Source of the DNA: Pelagomonas calceolata
Taxonomy: Eukaryota
Direction: 5' to 3'
DNA: 64,000 nucleotides
NCBI GenBank assembly: GCA_918797485.1
Contig: CAKKNE010000001.1
Location: forward strand, 1,798,001 to 1,862,000
The position numbers and the translations under genes were made by a program. Below the pieces are notes generated by a model. That model saw nothing but the letters and a program-made list of their open reading frames with translations. It made no database searches and was not told the origin of the DNA. Positions 1 to 10,047 of this stretch are shown in pieces; the first letter of the stretch is position 1; every line of letters begins with the position of its first letter.

Positions 1-1
1 C

Positions 2-1276
2 CGCCCGGAATCGAAAACCGAGGAAACGCCGCGCGGCGCCGCATCATTAGCGGAACTCCTGACGAGCGACAAGCTCAAGCGACTAGCGTTGCCGTACCCC
101 GGCTACCTCGCGGCCTGGCGGCTCGTCAAGGGCCACGGCAAGTGCATCCAGGGCGTCAATGGGAGAAGTACCCATAGGGGTACGTTATGCTATAGCTTCG
201 ACTTTAAGCTGGCCGTGGGCACGCCCGTGCTAGCTGCCAGAGGAGGTACGATCGCGGCGGTCGTCGACCATTTTAGAGGAGGCGGCGCGAAGGCGCATTT
301 GGCGCCCAGAGCGAACTTTGTGGCCGTGCGGCATTCAGACGGGAGTTATGCGCGATATTATCACCTCAAGGAGAAGGGATCTTTATATAAAGTCGGCGAA
401 CGAGTCGGAAGAGGGCAACAAATCGCCTGGAGCGGCAATACCGGTTATACTGGTGGTCCTCATTTACATTTTGATTTAGTTAATTTATTACCGGAGGAGA
501 CGTCTACGCTGCGCATCGTCTCCCCGAAGCACTGCCGTAAACGGTTGCAGTCCGTCGCGGCGGCCTTTTCTTGTGAACTGCCCTCAACACCATTAAGGTG
601 TAAAGTGGTTCACGTCCCGAACGACGCCGTTGCGGGCGACGGCCTACGGATAGAAGGTCCTTGGATCGCTTTATCAGACAGAGACCCGGCCTCGACGTTC
701 TCGGAAAAAATATCATTTTTGGCAGAGCAGGGCGCCTGTGCGGCGATTATTTCCAACAATAGATCCGGTCCCGAGCTCTTCGCGATGGGTGGGTGCGAGA
801 CCGCGTCACCCGTGCCTGCTTGTCTCATCTCGAAGGAGCACGGCATCATGCTCAAGTCGTATCTGGCCGAAGGTAATAGTGTGATTCTCGAATTTGGAAG
901 ACATCCGGCAGTGGAAGGCGCGAAGCCGATGGCGACGCAGTTGTCCGATTATCGAGCAACACCGGGCGCGTTCGACACGCCGCTGTCGTGCAAGTACGGG
1001 CCCGATCTGAGGTATGTGACACGAACGCTACCCGTCGAATTCGTCGACAAGTCGGGCGACGGCTTCGTGCCCAAGCAGGCGAAGACGTATCCGAAGCCGG
1101 TGCTCTGCGTGTCTCCTAGTTGTAGCATGAAGCGGCGGGGCCGGCGGCGGCGGCGCGACGGCCCCGTCGAGCCGTCGGAGCGCGGGCGGGACCGTCGCGT
1201 CGCCGTCGAGCGGCTCGACTCGCGGGAGTCGGAGCGGCGGCCCGACCCTTTAGGGCGCGCGCCGTCGCCGCGCTGA
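2..1276 (+). CDS. M23 (LytM-type) zinc metallopeptidase with PA (protease-associated) domain; 5'-partial
   Basis: The frame is open from position 2 (RPESKTEETP...). M23 motifs: H..YSFDF..GTPVLAARGG, YARYYHL and GNTGYTGGPHLHF. A PA-like segment follows (WIALSDRD..TFSEKI..AEQGACAAIISNN..PVPACLISKEHG). Confidence 0.75.
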   Translation, partial: RPESKTEETPRGAASLAELLTSDKLKRLALPYPGYLAAWRLVKGHGKCIQGVNGRSTHRGTLCYSFDFKLAVGTPVLAARGGTIAAVVDHFRGGGAKAHLAPRANFVAVRHSDGSYARYYHLKEKGSLYKVGERVGRGQQIAWSGNTGYTGGPHLHFDLVNLLPEETSTLRIVSPKHCRKRLQSVAAAFSCELPSTPLRCKVVHVPNDAVAGDGLRIEGPWIALSDRDPASTFSEKISFLAEQGACAAIISNNRSGPELFAMGGCETASPVPACLISKEHGIMLKSYLAEGNSVILEFGRHPAVEGAKPMATQLSDYRATPGAFDTPLSCKYGPDLRYVTRTLPVEFVDKSGDGFVPKQAKTYPKPVLCVSPSCSMKRRGRRRRRDGPVEPSERGRDRRVAVERLDSRESERRPDPLGRAPSPR

Positions 1277-1374
1277 GGCATTTTTCTTATTTCGTAAGTG
1301 TTATAGGGTTACAAGGGATACTACACCGCTACCGGCACACGAGCGGGGTCGGCGGCGAGGGATCGGCCCCGCCG

Positions 1375-3747
1375 CTAGACTTGAAGCGTCTGGATGACGC
1401 GCGCGAGCTTGGAGCGCGTGCCCACCGGGATGCCCATGGCGCGCAGGTCCTCGGCCTCGAGCAGCGCGAGGGTCTCGACGTCGCGGATATCTTCTTGAGC
1501 AAGCACGGGCACGAGGCGCTGGAGGTCGAAGGCGGCCAGGGTGCTTTCGAGCGTCGCGCCGCCGCCCAGCGATGATGAGGGAGCGTAGGACGACGGCGGC
1601 GTGACGACTTGGAGCGACTCCTGTAAGGCAGCGGCGAGCTGCTCGTCCTCGGTCATCGCCGGGCGCGCCGGGGTCGTCTCGCGCAACGAAGCTTGTAAAG
1701 CGGCCGCCAGCTGCGCGTCGTCGTCGTGGGATACGTGGCGAATCTGGCGCGGCGCGCTTCGGCGCGAGGCCTCGAGGACCGCCTGGAGGCTCGCGTCGCT
1801 GTCGCCCGCGTAAGAAGCGTAGTTCTCGCGGCAGGAAGCCGCGATGGCCCGGTTCAGCGCCATCTCTTCGGCGTCAGCCGAGGGAGGCGCGCGGTGCGGA
1901 AGCACGGCGGCGGGCGGCCGCGGCAGGCGCGGCGCGCCCAACAGGCCCGTCGAGATCGAGCCCGTCGGCGCGGCCCGCGCCGGCGGCGCCCGCGCGGGGG
2001 CGTTGCCGCGGCGGCGCGGTTCCGAGCTTGGCGGCGGCGGCACCACGCGGCGCCGGGGCGGCGGGCCGGAGAGGAGGTGCTCGGGGATGACTTGGGCGCG
2101 GCGCAGCGGCGGCGCGATCGGGGCGTCGCGGCCGCGGCCCCGGCCGCGGCCGCGGCCCGCCCCGCGCCCGCGGCCCGCGGAGGCGGCCGGAGCTCTTGGC
2201 GACGCCCGGGGCGACGCTCGCGGCGAGGCCGGCGCCGCCGCCTCGGCGACGTCGAGCGACGGCGCGCGGCGCCGCCCTTGACTTTCCTTGCGCACGCGCG
2301 CCGACAGCGACCGCCCGGCGAGCTCCGTGCCGTCGAGCGCTGCCGCCGCGGCCTCGGCCTGCGCCAGCGTCCGGAAGCCGACGGCCGCGCGGCCCTTCGC
2401 CGTGAGCTCGACGCGGCCGAAGGACTTGCCGACGATAGAACCGATGTGTTCCTTCAAGTCGTAGCGCTTCGTGTCGTAGTTCAGGTTCGCGAGCGTGACG
2501 ACGGCTCCGTCTTTGCTGTCCTCGTCGGCCTCGGCGGCCGGCGCGTAGACCATGACGTCGACCGCGAAGCGCGCGTCGCCCTTGCGCCCGATCGCGTACT
2601 CGACTTTATCTCCGACTCGGAGAGATGTGCCGCGCCGAACACCGGATACGCGCACGGCGATGCGGCCGCCGGACCCTTGCTCCGCCGGCTCGATGCCGCC
2701 TCGGGACCCGTCCCAGCGGACCACCGTGCCGGTGACGCGCTTCTTCTGCTTCGCAGGAGGATCGCCGTCGACACATTCCAAACAAGCGCCCTCCGCGAGG
2801 CCGATGGCGCCGGCCGTCTCGTCTCCATAGACGTCGCCGCCCTTGTACAGGAACCTTAGAGTATCAACAGACGCACCTAACCCGTCGGCGTAGGCGCCGA
2901 AGACCCGCGCGAGCTTCGTCGACGTCCGGAGCTTGACCGTCGTGTCCTCTTCACTCGAATCTTTGCGGCGGTCGCGGACGACGATGGTCATGATCTCGTC
3001 GGGGACGGCCTCCTTGGCCTTCTTGGGCTTCTTCTTTTTCTTCTTCTTCCTCGCGACGGGCGACGGCGGCGCCTCGGGCTCGGGCTCGGGCTCGGGCGCG
3101 CGCGCGCAGGCCGCCATCATGTCGCTCAGGCCCGGCGCCGCCCGCCGGGTGGCGGGCTTCCGGGCCCCGACGTCGGACTCGCTCCGCGCGCGCTTGCGCT
3201 CCAAAGCCTCGGCCTCCATCTTGGCCGCGAGGGCCTCGGCGCGCGCGGCGGCCGCCGCCGCGCAGGCCGGGCCGCAGAACCGCGTCGGGTCGAAGTCGCA
3301 CCTGTGGGCAAGGCAATCAGTGAGTGGGGTGCTCAGTGGCGGAGATGCGACGCGACAATTTGATTTATGCACCGACTCGCACTTCTCATTACTACCGAGG
3401 ACAAAGTTTGGGCACTGGCGGCCGTCCTCCTTGACGTGGGCGCAGCGCCGCCGCGCCGGCGCCTCGGCCTCTTCCTCTTCCATGTCCGGGCCGCGCGCGC
3501 CCGACCAGCAGATGCCCTGCTCGTCGACCTCTTCGGCTTCCTCGTCGGACTCCTCCTCGTCGGAGCCGGACTCGTCGTAGACGTCGGCGCGGCGGCGGCG
3601 CGGCGCTTCTTCCTCGAGCTGCCGGAGCTTCCGGACTCTGCCGAGGGTCGCCTCGTCCCACTGCTTTTTGGAGGTCTCGTCGTAGCCAGCTTTTTCTAAC
3701 TCATCGCGGAGGTAGTCGATCTCCTCCTCGCGACTGGCGAAGACCAT
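1375..3747 (-). CDS. Multidomain protein: SUMO-like domain, cold-shock domain, RRM, RGG-like tract, four UIMs, C-terminal SAM; probable 81-nt in-frame intron 3302-3382
   Basis: SUMO-like VKLRTSTKLARVFGAYA..LRFLYKG; CSD VTGTVVRWDGSRGGIEP..LRVGDKVEY; RRM VTLANLNYDT..AAVGF..LDGTELAGRSLSAR; UIMs such as DDAQLAAALQASL and EDEQLAAALQESL; SAM LAAFDLQRLVPVL..DLRAMGIPVGTRSKL. Confidence 0.8.
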   Translation of the reverse strand: MVFASREEEIDYLRDELEKAGYDETSKKQWDEATLGRVRKLRQLEEEAPRRRRADVYDESGSDEEESDEEAEEVDEQGICWSGARGPDMEEEEAEAPARRRCAHVKEDGRQCPNFVLGSNEKCESVHKSNCRVASPPLSTPLTDCLAHRCDFDPTRFCGPACAAAAAARAEALAAKMEAEALERKRARSESDVGARKPATRRAAPGLSDMMAACARAPEPEPEPEAPPSPVARKKKKKKKPKKAKEAVPDEIMTIVVRDRRKDSSEEDTTVKLRTSTKLARVFGAYADGLGASVDTLRFLYKGGDVYGDETAGAIGLAEGACLECVDGDPPAKQKKRVTGTVVRWDGSRGGIEPAEQGSGGRIAVRVSGVRRGTSLRVGDKVEYAIGRKGDARFAVDVMVYAPAAEADEDSKDGAVVTLANLNYDTKRYDLKEHIGSIVGKSFGRVELTAKGRAAVGFRTLAQAEAAAAALDGTELAGRSLSARVRKESQGRRRAPSLDVAEAAAPASPRASPRASPRAPAASAGRGRGAGRGRGRGRGRDAPIAPPLRRAQVIPEHLLSGPPPRRRVVPPPPSSEPRRRGNAPARAPPARAAPTGSISTGLLGAPRLPRPPAAVLPHRAPPSADAEEMALNRAIAASCRENYASYAGDSDASLQAVLEASRRSAPRQIRHVSHDDDAQLAAALQASLRETTPARPAMTEDEQLAAALQESLQVVTPPSSYAPSSSLGGGATLESTLAAFDLQRLVPVLAQEDIRDVETLALLEAEDLRAMGIPVGTRSKLARVIQTLQV
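3302..3382 (-). other. Predicted in-frame GT-AG intron (81 nt), introner-like
   Basis: Minus strand reads GAGAA|GTGCGAGTC...CTCACTGATTGCCTTGCCCACAG|GTGCGAC. GTGCGA is duplicated at both ends, and the 3' end resembles the other introner acceptors in the window. Splicing gives EKCDF. Confidence 0.6.
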
Positions 3748-3935
3748 GGCTGCGCGTACCCGCTCCGCAGAGCCTGCTTCTTATGGGCCTTGTGAGAGGG
3801 CGCTAGGTCCTCCTAGGGCCCGCTGACTGCTGCGCGTGCCAGGATATGTTCCCAGGGTTGCTCCACTGCTGTGGCTTGAACTGGTTCACCCCGCGTGGGG
3901 TTTAGAGCACAGACCCAGGCGCTCGAGCCTGATTT

Positions 3936-3960
3936 GCTTGCTAGTGTCTACACCGCTAGC
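3936..3960. promoter_or_regulatory. Recurrent CTAG-spacer-CTAG upstream element
   Basis: GCTTGCTAGTGTCTACACCGCTAGC, ~190 bp upstream of ATG 3747. Confidence 0.6.
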
Positions 3961-4065
3961 TAAAACGCAAAGATGAGGTCCTAGCACCGTAACATCGACT
4001 CTTAAAGACGAGGAGGCAGTCACGCCACCCACGCGAAGAGCAAAGACTAGCACAGACTATACTTA

Positions 4066-6486
4066 TCAGATCCCCAGCGAGTTCAACCCGTCGCGCGACG
4101 GCACCTTATGCATTGAAGGATTGAAGAACGCCAACAGCTTGTCCAAGTCGTACGACGCCGCCAGCAACAGTTGATCAAGTTTCTCGAGCTGGGGCCGCCC
4201 GTCAATACCTCGAGCCTTCATGGCGTCCACGAAGAAGTCGGCGACGACCCCTGTCAAGTACTGGAGGGCCTGGGGCGCCTTCGCGTGCTCCTTCCGCAGC
4301 TCGTCGGCGTGCTCGTGGATGTACCTATATTCCTCCTCGAGCCACCTCGTATCTTCTTCCGCCGTCGCGATCTCGTGGATCGCATCGATCAACTCCACTC
4401 GTTCCGCGAGCTTTCGCTGGTACTTGAGCTTGGGGTCAATCAGTCTCAAGAATGATGGTATGGACTGCTCATCCAACACTAAATGGTCGGAGACCTCCTG
4501 CCTGAGTCGGACCGCTTCCTTCGAGATGTGCTCCTTGAGGATAGCTAGGGCGCTTATGCTATCGGAACATATTCTAGCTTTGTTCTCTTGGTAGTCGCAC
4601 TCCACACAGCCTCCGGTGTAGACGTTCTCGAAGCAGAGGCGGTGCTGGAGGTCGAGGATGGGTGGTGGCTTTGCCGGTTCCGGTGGTGCTTCCTCCTTGG
4701 CCTCTGGCTCTTTGGCCTCCTCGCGGACGGCGTCCGGGAAACAGGCCTGCGCCTCCTTCAGTATTTCTGCAAACTCATCGTCGTCATCTCTCGGATATCG
4801 TAGCGAGTCCTTTGGTATATCCTCTTTTTGCTCGTCAGCCTTGGCACTTGTCTCCTCCTTTTGTAGCGTCGGTCTCGGAGACGACGACCGCGGCTGCGTT
4901 CGAGGGGGGCACTCCGGCAAACAAGACCGCAGCCAGTCGTGCGCGTTTTGCGACGTAAACGTGCCTTCCAGCGTCAAGATGTTCTTCGGTCTTGCGAGTT
5001 GATCAGCTGTCAATTCATGGACGCGTCGGTGTAAGGACAAAGCAGGTACCCGAAAGTCGACGACTCGACCGATCTTCGGCTGTCCTCTAGCAACAACAAC
5101 GCACCTCAAGTCCCCCGGCTCGCCCTCCACAGTCCTAACACAAAACCTGAGAGCGTGCTGGTCGTCTTGGCAGCGGAACGCGGCGAGTAATTTTGTAGGT
5201 GGTTTTCCTGGCAGATCATGCCTTGGATCAGGCTCACAGGTCGAGACGACAGCCGTCGCGTCGGCGCCGTCCTCCAACAGGTCCAAAGATGAGCTTGATC
5301 GTAAGTGTACTAAGTCAATAGGTACTGGTAACTCGAGCGAGATTTGATAACACGCTCGCTCGGCATCCAACGAACATTCGCCTCGGGGCACGAAACCCCG
5401 ATTGCTGGACGAGGCTTTCGAAGGAGATGTCTGTGCCTTCTCTCGGGCCCGGTGGACCTTTTCTCTCAATTCTTGAACGTCTTTTTTCAATAACTCAATT
5501 TTCTCTTTCGCTCGAGAAGCTTCGGCATCCACATCCACCTTCATGGGCTCGTTCGAGAACGATGTTATTCTACCAGCAAAGGTGCACACTACAATATCGT
5601 CATTCGAAGATGAAGAGACGCGGCCACATCTCAGCGAATGAATGGCCTCGTTGAGCGACTGCGACCAGGCTACCGTAGGTACGCCATCCCCAAAGGATAT
5701 GACCTCCACCAACCCGTCGGCCCGGCCGACGACGACGTCCAACTGACCGTCTCTAGTTAAGTCAAAGCATGCTAGACAAGTCACCTTCGCGTCACCACCG
5801 ATTGACCAGGCCTCCTTCGTGTTGAGCGTCGACTCTTTGCAGAGGTAGCAACTTATAGAACCGCCCTCGTCCCCTACTATGAGTTCGTAGGCCCGTGATG
5901 TTACTTCCCGTACTGTTAAAGCTGATGCGGGCCGCTCGGTAGAGATCTCCCCTATGAGTTCATCCTTTTGTACCATTCTAATTCGTCTGTCTTTACACCC
6001 CAGAAACACGTGATGCTCATCCGCAAACCGCTGGACGTGCATGGCCGTGATTCGATCCGGACACGTGTAGAAGCCGTCGTCGGCACCGTCTCTGTATCTT
6101 GAGTGAGCATATTCGCCGCCCGTAAACAATAAAGCTTCATCTACGGACAGGAAGCGGATCGGTTCTACTAACGAAGATTGCAGTGAAAAAAATTGCTTGC
6201 CCTTCCTCCCTAGACCGACGACGACCTGCCCGACGGCACAAAAGACCCGATCCTTGACCTTCCCGCCGCCCGTACACACGGCCTGCACGCCGCCCTTGCC
6301 CGCGCTCGTCTTGAAGATCGACTTGGCGTCGCCTCGTTTCACCTCAAAGGCCTGGACGTCGCCGTTGTCGTCGCCGACGACAATTCGCAGTCGCCCCGAC
6401 TTCTTGTCCTCGGTCAGGGCCAGCGTATTGAGGTGTGAGATGGTGCCGACCTGGCAGAGGTCGCTGCGTTCCAGCGTGAGCTCCAT
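4066..6486 (-). CDS. BBS7: Bardet-Biedl syndrome 7 protein (BBSome subunit)
   Basis: The N-terminus MELTLERSDLCQVG..RIVVGDDNGDVQAFEVKRGDAKSIFKT matches the BBS7 start. Also beta-propeller, coiled coil, RTVEGEPGDL, LSLHRRVH and SDSISALAILKEHISKEA, with a low-complexity insertion near 4650-4880. Confidence 0.92.
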   Translation of the reverse strand: MELTLERSDLCQVGTISHLNTLALTEDKKSGRLRIVVGDDNGDVQAFEVKRGDAKSIFKTSAGKGGVQAVCTGGGKVKDRVFCAVGQVVVGLGRKGKQFFSLQSSLVEPIRFLSVDEALLFTGGEYAHSRYRDGADDGFYTCPDRITAMHVQRFADEHHVFLGCKDRRIRMVQKDELIGEISTERPASALTVREVTSRAYELIVGDEGGSISCYLCKESTLNTKEAWSIGGDAKVTCLACFDLTRDGQLDVVVGRADGLVEVISFGDGVPTVAWSQSLNEAIHSLRCGRVSSSSNDDIVVCTFAGRITSFSNEPMKVDVDAEASRAKEKIELLKKDVQELREKVHRAREKAQTSPSKASSSNRGFVPRGECSLDAERACYQISLELPVPIDLVHLRSSSSLDLLEDGADATAVVSTCEPDPRHDLPGKPPTKLLAAFRCQDDQHALRFCVRTVEGEPGDLRCVVVARGQPKIGRVVDFRVPALSLHRRVHELTADQLARPKNILTLEGTFTSQNAHDWLRSCLPECPPRTQPRSSSPRPTLQKEETSAKADEQKEDIPKDSLRYPRDDDDEFAEILKEAQACFPDAVREEAKEPEAKEEAPPEPAKPPPILDLQHRLCFENVYTGGCVECDYQENKARICSDSISALAILKEHISKEAVRLRQEVSDHLVLDEQSIPSFLRLIDPKLKYQRKLAERVELIDAIHEIATAEEDTRWLEEEYRYIHEHADELRKEHAKAPQALQYLTGVVADFFVDAMKARGIDGRPQLEKLDQLLLAASYDLDKLLAFFNPSMHKVPSRDGLNSLGI

Positions 6487-6747
6487 GCTTGTGTGTGTGC
6501 CTCACAGAGTGGGCAAACCTGCAGCTACTGGTGTCGCGCTTCTGCCAGCAGCTGCGACCGCTTCTGACGACCGCGACGAGTGCGTTCGCCGGCCGGCCGG
6601 CAGCGGTACGAGCACGCGCCGCGCGGCGGGGCTGCCTCTTTTGTTTGCTCGACTCCTGGAGACGAATCTGCGCCGGCGCCCGCCATCGCTTCGAGAGTCG
6701 TCGGCGGCGGGTGCTCAGCGTCTACGGACTCCTCGCGGACGACTTTT

Positions 6748-6772
6748 GCTAGCGGTATTTAGGCACTAGAGC
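6748..6772. promoter_or_regulatory. Recurrent upstream element (degenerate, reverse orientation)
   Basis: GCTAGCGGTATTTAGGCACTAGAGC, between the divergent BBS7 and LETM1-like genes. Confidence 0.5.
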
Positions 6773-6944
6773 AATGATGCAAGCAGCCGGCTTTGGTCGC
6801 GACGCTGGCTCATAGCCGTTTCGTAAGAGGCACAGCCACACGCCTGTGGATACGTGCCCTATCGACGGAGCGAGCGCTTCCAGACAAAGGCGCCGGAAAC
6901 GCTCCGCCAGCCACGGAGAGCGCCTCAATATAAGTGTCAGCACT

Positions 6945-8855
6945 ATGTTGCGGCGCCTCGTCGTCGTAGGAGCGGCCGTAGGCGTCGCCGCGTTCCAGCT
7001 GCCGGTACAGAATTGTAAGAGACCGGCGCGGCCCACGAAAACCGCCGCCGCGCTCATCGAGGACACGCAAGCGACAAGCGCAGCCGTGCCCGACGCGGCC
7101 GAGAACAGCCTCGACTCGGCGGCCGGCGTGCCCCCGGAGACGGACACCTTCGCGCCCCCCAAACGCGACGTCTCTCGGACATTACGGCTCCGCGATTCAG
7201 TATGGGTGCGGCAGGCCATGGACGATTTAGTAGCAGCGGAATTCGCTCTACGCTTGGAGCTCGAGGAGTCCCAGCAGGACGAGGAGGAGTCCTTTGTTGA
7301 TTTTGCGCGACTGCGGGAACAACTTGATAGCAGACTGGTCGAGCTCGAGTCCGGTGCTGGGAAGAGTAAAATAGCCGCGCGAGACCGAGCAGCATTGCGT
7401 TCAAGAGCAAGAGACACCGCAGCAGCTCTCGCGGACGCCGAGGCCGCGGCGGCGGCCCGCCGCTCGTCCGACCACGTCGAGGAGGTCGTCGAAGAGGAAG
7501 AGGACAAGCAGTTCTGGCGGGAGTTGTTGGCCGAGTTGCGGCGCCGAAGGGACGCCGTCGCGGAACTGGGCTGGTACGCTCTCAAAGGACCGCCCAAGAA
7601 CAAACTGCAGACGAACAGGACCGCTGTACTTTATGTGAGGCAAGACGGAAGTGTCGATTGGGAGGGCGCCTTGCAAGGCGCCAAGGCGGCCACGGCCTTC
7701 TCCGTAGACTTATGGAGACGCATCAACGGCGTCTCCGAGGAACCGCCGGCGACCGATGAACCTGAAGTAGAAGTGCCCTTCGCCGAGTCCGGGAGCTTCT
7801 CGCAGCAGAGAAGGGAGGCCGGTTTGAAGGCCAAGGCGTCGCAGGCCGTGTCGGCGGCCGAGGCTCTGTTGGCGGCGAGGCAGGCTTTGGACGACGTCGA
7901 CGAAATAAGTGGCGCGAAGGCTCGCGCTGCGTTCCGGAGAGCGACGGCTCTGTTGGGCGAGGCCGAGGGCAACTACGTGTCTGCGAGATTGGAGTTGGCT
8001 TTAGAACGGTGCTGTGCCGCGCTAGAAGCTTCCTTAGATGCGTCGACGTCACCGGTGGAGATCCAGGACAGACGAGTCGTGGCCGAGTTCGCTCTATTGG
8101 ACGCTCAGTTGGTAGCGTTGGCCCGGGACGCTCGCAGTGTCGGTGCGGCTATCTTGCGAGCGGAATTGGACATGCTCGGCAAGGAGATCCGAGATTTCAG
8201 TAATAGGTTAGGAATCGACCGGTTCGATAATGTGAGGGCCTTTTACGACGCGCTCAAGGCGAGCGGCGAGTTCGAGGACTCTGCTTTATTATTGGTGTTC
8301 GACGAGGCGCAACTCGGTAAATTGGCGGGCGGTTCGAAGGAGCGGCCCCAGGAGACGTCACTAGGGTTGTTATTGCGCTCTAGGGCGGCGAAGGCCGGTT
8401 CGGGCAAGCGCTTCAGCTCGAACATGCTCTCAGGCGTAGGAGCCTTCTACGACGCCATCGCGAACTTCCTGTCTTCCATGCGGACGCAAATCAGTAGGGG
8501 ATGGACCTTTTATGTCGACGGTTCACGGCTGCTCTTCAACGATGTGGGCTTCTCGGCGTCGCTTGTTGGTCGTGCGTTTGCTGGCGAGACGCTGGTGCCT
8601 CGCGACGTGCGCGTACTCCGGAGGACGGTGAAGGACCTGCTCACGACCGTGCCCTTCATTATCATCCTGCTGATACCTCTGTCACCAGTGGGCCACGTCT
8701 TCGTCTTCGGGGCGATCCAGCGCTTCTTCCCGGACTTCTTTCCCTCGTGCTACACCGAGCGGCGGCAGAATTTGGTGAAGTTGTATGCCGCGGCCGAACT
8801 AGATCGACTACCGGAGCGGCGGAAGCCGGGCGCGGACACGATCTTCAAGCTCTAG
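6945..8855 (+). CDS. Plastid-targeted coiled-coil protein with C-terminal LETM1-like domain
   Basis: ATG 6945 gives a signal peptide plus VAA-FQLP (ASAFAP-like) motif. The C-terminus RVLRRTVKDLLTTVPFIIILLIPLSPVGHVFVFGAIQRFFPDFFPSCY resembles plastid LETM1-like proteins. Confidence 0.75.
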   Translation: MLRRLVVVGAAVGVAAFQLPVQNCKRPARPTKTAAALIEDTQATSAAVPDAAENSLDSAAGVPPETDTFAPPKRDVSRTLRLRDSVWVRQAMDDLVAAEFALRLELEESQQDEEESFVDFARLREQLDSRLVELESGAGKSKIAARDRAALRSRARDTAAALADAEAAAAARRSSDHVEEVVEEEEDKQFWRELLAELRRRRDAVAELGWYALKGPPKNKLQTNRTAVLYVRQDGSVDWEGALQGAKAATAFSVDLWRRINGVSEEPPATDEPEVEVPFAESGSFSQQRREAGLKAKASQAVSAAEALLAARQALDDVDEISGAKARAAFRRATALLGEAEGNYVSARLELALERCCAALEASLDASTSPVEIQDRRVVAEFALLDAQLVALARDARSVGAAILRAELDMLGKEIRDFSNRLGIDRFDNVRAFYDALKASGEFEDSALLLVFDEAQLGKLAGGSKERPQETSLGLLLRSRAAKAGSGKRFSSNMLSGVGAFYDAIANFLSSMRTQISRGWTFYVDGSRLLFNDVGFSASLVGRAFAGETLVPRDVRVLRRTVKDLLTTVPFIIILLIPLSPVGHVFVFGAIQRFFPDFFPSCYTERRQNLVKLYAAAELDRLPERRKPGADTIFKL

Positions 8856-8902
8856 GTCTGGGTAACTTGTGGGTTTGGGTCTTACTCGTCGCTTTGCCAC
8901 CA

Positions 8903-9092
8903 TTATTCATTTTTGGATGGCGTCGGCGGCGTTTCGCGGGCGCGGAGCGCGGCTCGCGCGTATCGCAGATTGCTCTCAACCCATGCTGTGAACGGGTGCG
9001 CGCCGCCAAACACGCGCCGCGCGGTCCGTTCCACGTCCTCGAGCGTCGTTACGGCCTCGCGGAGATCGTCGAGTGTAGCGGCTGGGTCCAAG
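8903..9092 (-). pseudogene. 3' fragment of the RINGv/TPR family gene, inverted relative to the adjacent copy
   Basis: Encodes LDPAATLDDLREAVTTLEDVERTARRVFGGAHP..ARAALRARE, paralogous to the C-terminus of 8913-10010. Confidence 0.7.
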
Positions 9093-10010
9093 GCCGCCGA
9101 GGCGTGCGCCGACGACACGAAGGGGCAGACGTGCTACATCTGCACGCAGGCCCTACATTGGAAAACGAAGGAGGGCCTCGTGCGCATGTGTGCGTGCCGC
9201 GGGACGGCGGGCTTTGCGCACGTGTCGTGTTTGGCGGAGCAGGCGAAGATTTTGATGGATGAGGCCGAGGAGAATAATTTGAGCGACAAGGTGCAGAGTG
9301 AGAGGTGGAACCGGTGGTACAAGTGCAGCCTGTGCGAGCAAGAATACCACGGCGTCGTGCGGTGTGCGCTCGGATGGGCGTGCTGGAAGACGTACGTGGG
9401 TCGGCCGGAGGTGGATGTGGCTAGGCAAGTGGCGATGACACTGCTTGGGACCGGTTTAGGCGAAGCAGGGCACCACGAGGACGCGTTGACCGTGAGAGAG
9501 GCCGAGTTGTCTATGCTACGACGCCTTGGCGCTGACGAAATCACATTGCTCGTCGCGCAGAACAATATTGCATGTACGTATTCGTTGGTTGGGAGGCTTG
9601 AAGAGGCCTTGCACATGCGGCGAGACATATACTTCAAACGTTTGAAGCTCCTTGGTGAGGAAGATAGCTTGACCCTCAACGCAGCCAACAACTACGGGTT
9701 AGCTTTTCTTAATCTACAACGCTTCGAAGAAGCCAAGCCGCCGTTGCGCAAAATGCTGCCCGTGGCGCGGCGGGTTCTCGGAGAGAATGACGAGATCACG
9801 CTCAGGATGAGGTGGTATTCTGCAGCGGCGCTCTACCACGCCGACGGCGCCACGCTCGGAGATCTCCGCGAGGCAGTGACGACGCTCGAGGAGACGGAAC
9901 GAATCGCACGGCGCGTTTTCGGCGGCGCACATCCGCTCACGGTGGACATTGAGCGCCAATTGCGAGATGCGCGAGCCGCGCTCCGCGCCCGCGAAGCAAC
10001 GAGTAAATAA
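9091..10010 (+). CDS. RINGv (C4HC3) zinc finger plus kinesin-light-chain-like TPR protein; apparently 5'-truncated, possibly a pseudogene
   Basis: CYIC..CACRGTAGFAHVSCL..CSLC RINGv signature and TPR units (NNIACTY..GRLEEAL, LGEEDSLTLNAANNY). The ORF start at 8913 is only the antisense reading of the inverted fragment. Confidence 0.7.
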
Positions 10011-10047
10011 GGTACAGACTCTTACCTCGATAACACGATAAGCAATA

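Noticed and set aside
6846..6944. Non-ATG upstream starts given by the ORF track (also 24137, 49300, 60030, 22143)
   Set aside because: Eukaryotic context; downstream ATGs give proper N-termini or targeting peptides.
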